A stretch of 63,994 nucleotides of DNA, counting the filler, from Thelocarpon superellum (taxonomy: Eukaryota), in the NCBI GenBank assembly GCA_026025795.1. It is 4 parts of 4 records of this genome, joined end to end, with 100 filler letters (N's around TTAATTAATTAA, not from the genome) between each part and the next. Parts side by side here need not be neighbours in the genome. Positions count along the whole stretch, not along the records: positions 50,771 to 63,994 come from JAPEUG010000461.1; 3 more parts are not named here. The stretch is one strand, 5' to 3'. A model generated the notes under the pieces. The model was not told the DNA's origin. It made no database searches and was given only the letters and a program-made list of their open reading frames with translations. Numbering within the stretch: position 1 is the first letter of the stretch; each line of letters opens with the position of its first letter. Below are positions 61,348 through 63,994 of this stretch, piece by piece. The position numbers and the translations under genes were made by a program.

Positions 61348-62683
61348 TCAAAACCAGATCTTGATCAGTTCCTCGCTGACTGCACTGGGAGTAAGCACGC
61401 CGCTCTCCGTGATAAGAGCCGAGATGAGATCCGGTGGCTGTTTCATCACATGAGATATTCCATCCACACGTCAGCTTGACTCTTGGGCGCAAAATGGGGG
61501 GTTGGAGACGGGAGGAAGGGGTGAGGAGGAGGGAGAGGAGCAGCTAGACGTACCGTGAAATCGACAGCGTCGTGTTGGTCTCCTACTACCGCTTTCCCAC
61601 CCGCCTTCCCCTCCTCGTCCTCGTCCGCGCCCGTGCGGAAATCAAGCACGCGTTGCTCGATCGGTAGATCGTACTGACTGAGCGGGTAGAGGCGCACGAA
61701 CTTGTGGCTCTCCGCGACGACGTAGAAGGGTTTGGCCGCCGCGCGGGCCAGTAGGCCCATCTGATACGTACCGAGGCGGGAGATGATCCCGCCGCTTTCA
61801 ACGACCCCTTCGGCGCCCACAATCACCATGCTGACCTTTCCCATGGAATACGCAACGGCGGCCTCGGGGATCTCAGCCACGGGCACCCCGCGCTCCCGGA
61901 GCGTGGTAACCACCGTGCCGCCCTCAGCGTCGCCATCCGAGCGCACGTAGATGACGCGGAAGCGCACGTGGCCTTGGCTGTCGTCGGCCGCGCGGCGCAG
62001 GAGGGCGCCGACGACACGACTGCCCCCGTTCGTGAGCACCGTCGTGCCATCACGCACAAAGTGGCGGCCGAAGCCGGCGATCTTGGCTCGTGACGCCTTG
62101 GCCCGCGTCACGAACAGGCGCCCGTTGCTGATCAGGTGCGCGCGGATGCTCTGGAAGTCGCCGGCGGTGCCAGGGCCGCCGAGCCCGCCGCCAGGTCGTT
62201 GGAGCGTCGTGATGAGGTAGCGTTGGAAGAGATCGGTGCCGGCCGAGAGGGAGATGGGGTTCGCGACGTGCGACTTGAGGTGCGCGGTCGATGTCGCCAG
62301 GAGATCCAGTGTCTCGGAAATGGTGCTGGCTTGCGAATGGGACAGGAGCTCGACCAATGCTTCGATGGCGGCCACGGGCATGGTGAGCTCCGCGTCTTCT
62401 CGAAGCAGGCGGTGGTAGGTGGCGACGATGCTGTAGAGCCGATGAGCATGTCATGATTTGAAACATCGAGGACCACGGACTCGAACGATTCATCCTTTGA
62501 GAGTGACCCCTTGCGACTTGGTGTTTTTGGAGTCATGGCGGACCGCTGCCCACCGTCTGGGGGAGGAGTGGTCGGTTGTATGGAGCTTGAGACCGGAGGT
62601 GAATTGGGTGCTATTACGCTTGAAGTCAGCGTGGAACTGGATATGGATACAGACAACTCACGAGAAGGTATTGGATCTGCCAT
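61348..62683 (-). CDS. GCN3: Translation initiation factor eIF2B alpha subunit (4 exons)
   Basis: TMPVAAIEAL, ISLSAGTDLF, VIVGAEGVVESGGIISRLGTYQ, PFYVVAESHKFVRLYPL, VDFT|PPDLISALITESGVLTPSAVSEELIKIWF*. Confidence 0.95.
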
Positions 62684-62994
62684 TGCTGGATCAAGAGCTC
62701 AACCACCTTCACGGCTGGATGGGAGAAAGATCTACGTTGCCTCCGAGCTCTGGACCTCAGCCCAGCGCTCGTCTCCGGCTGCGTTCAGGAAAGCTCCAGT
62801 TAGCGGCTTCGCCTAGCCGTCCCAACTGGCAACCCGGCACACAGCCCAGCGTGCGTTCGTGTTCATATCTACTGGTGCTAGTCAAGCATCACAGCACTCG
62901 TTGTAGTACCTGCAGAATCGATTTATCCTCACCAATCACCCCATTGTCATACGAGACAGACTGCCAGGATGGGTCGGACGAGAGTGGTGGGGCA

Positions 62995-63895
62995 ATGTGG
63001 AGGTGGAGGAGCATGAACAGGCGTGGGTCGAGGAGGATGGAGACCTACGATTCTCACGCAGCGATCATCCTTCGTGACGGTCTTCGATCTTTCACGCACG
63101 CACGCTTCGTCGAGTCCGAGGGGACGATCACGTCGACGTCACGTAGCTCCGATTGAATTCAATTCCGCCTTCGCGTATATGGCCACCTTTCCCGGAAGAC
63201 TTCACACAGGCGCCCAATCCGCTTCCTTGGACATGTTAGGCGTAATATGCCAATTCGATCCAGTACGGAGGGATGGAGGGAACGTGTCAGCTGAGCGACT
63301 TGTTGCTCCAAGAGACTCAGATATGTGAAGTACTACGGAGAAATCCACATGCCAACATTGCTCGATACTTGGCTGCATCCTTCACGACGATCGAATCACT
63401 GGTCTCGTCTTCAGGAAGTATGACATGACTCTCGCCGATCGTTCGCGTCGGGACGATGCCCAGCTAGATCGACTTGAATGTGTGAAGGGTATCAGACGGG
63501 GCATCCAACATCTCCATCAACTAGGACTGCTTGGCAACGACATCCACCCCTCAAATGTCAAGCTCCGAGGTAACACTCCGATCCCCATCGACTTCGATTC
63601 TTGTCTGGAGAAAGGGCGGGACTTAAGGTTCAAAGCAGGGACCAGACCTTGGACTGACGGGAGTGCCATCTCTGCACATCCGAAGAACGATCTGTATGGC
63701 TTGGAGGGAATTGAAGAGTACTGTGGAGGCTCCATACGGGAGCTCGAGGCTTCTGAGTAAGCTGCCTCATGTGACCCACAAATAGCTGTATATTAGAACA
63801 ACAGATAGCTTCTGTAGAATAGACCACCCATCTCCAGTGGAATAACCGGGGTGCGACAGTACCTCCATGAAGACTCGTCTGGTGGACGAAGATGA
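62995..63895 (+). pseudogene. Disrupted fungal protein-kinase-like gene
   Basis: Fragments IWPPFPEDFTQAPNPLP, CEVLRRNPHANIARY, RITGLVF, GIQHLHQLGLLGNDIHPSNV, PIPIDFDSC, KAGTRPW. There are in-frame TAG/TAA stops, a frameshift near 63370, and an LTR insertion in the C-terminal codons. Confidence 0.7.
63722..63858 (+). mobile_element. Solo-LTR-like element, copy 3 (137 bp)
   Basis: TGT...ACA termini with a perfect GTAC duplication (63718-63721 and 63859-63862). Reverse complement of copies 1 and 2. Confidence 0.88.
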
Positions 63896-63994
63896 CTCAT
63901 GAACAAAAGTCTTGACAGTAACATAGCCATAACTGCAATCGACAGTGGGGCTCTGACTAGCTGCTGTCCTTCGGCTGCCGGACGAGTACTGCGG

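Overview
Eukaryotic (fungal) DNA: a GC-rich, gene-dense filamentous ascomycete (Pezizomycotina-type proteins, short GT..AG introns with CTRAC/CTAAT-type branch sites). The window is not one locus. It is four contigs (1-16888, 16989-33821, 33922-50670, 50771-end) joined by identical 100-bp artificial spacers (44N-TTAATTAATTAA-44N), so adjacency across a spacer means nothing. Most of it is conserved housekeeping genes: CAP1, cytochrome b5, HSE1, STE20, SCP160, a GPI-anchor-like protein, a RhoGAP, TIM9, an AhpC/TSA-like protein, UPF1, SNT1-like, DYS1, a MINDY deubiquitinase, TRM6, ARC18, RFC3, 3-hydroxyisobutyrate dehydrogenase, DDB1, TVP15, SreA and GCN3. The items the ORF track does not show are: (1) three copies of a 136/137-bp TG...CA solo-LTR-like element with 4-bp GTAN target-site duplications; (2) a box C/D snoRNA in an intron of the dehydrogenase gene; (3) a ~440-nt structured, C/D-bounded ncRNA candidate in a putative 5'-UTR intron of SCP160; (4) a spliced 121-aa secreted Cys-containing protein next to a NACHT/NLR relic; (5) a kinase-like pseudogene hit by the LTR; (6) an exact CBC:HapX motif upstream of sreA. 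All gene names come from recognising sequence motifs by eye, with no database search. Exon boundaries were read manually and may be off by a few bases.
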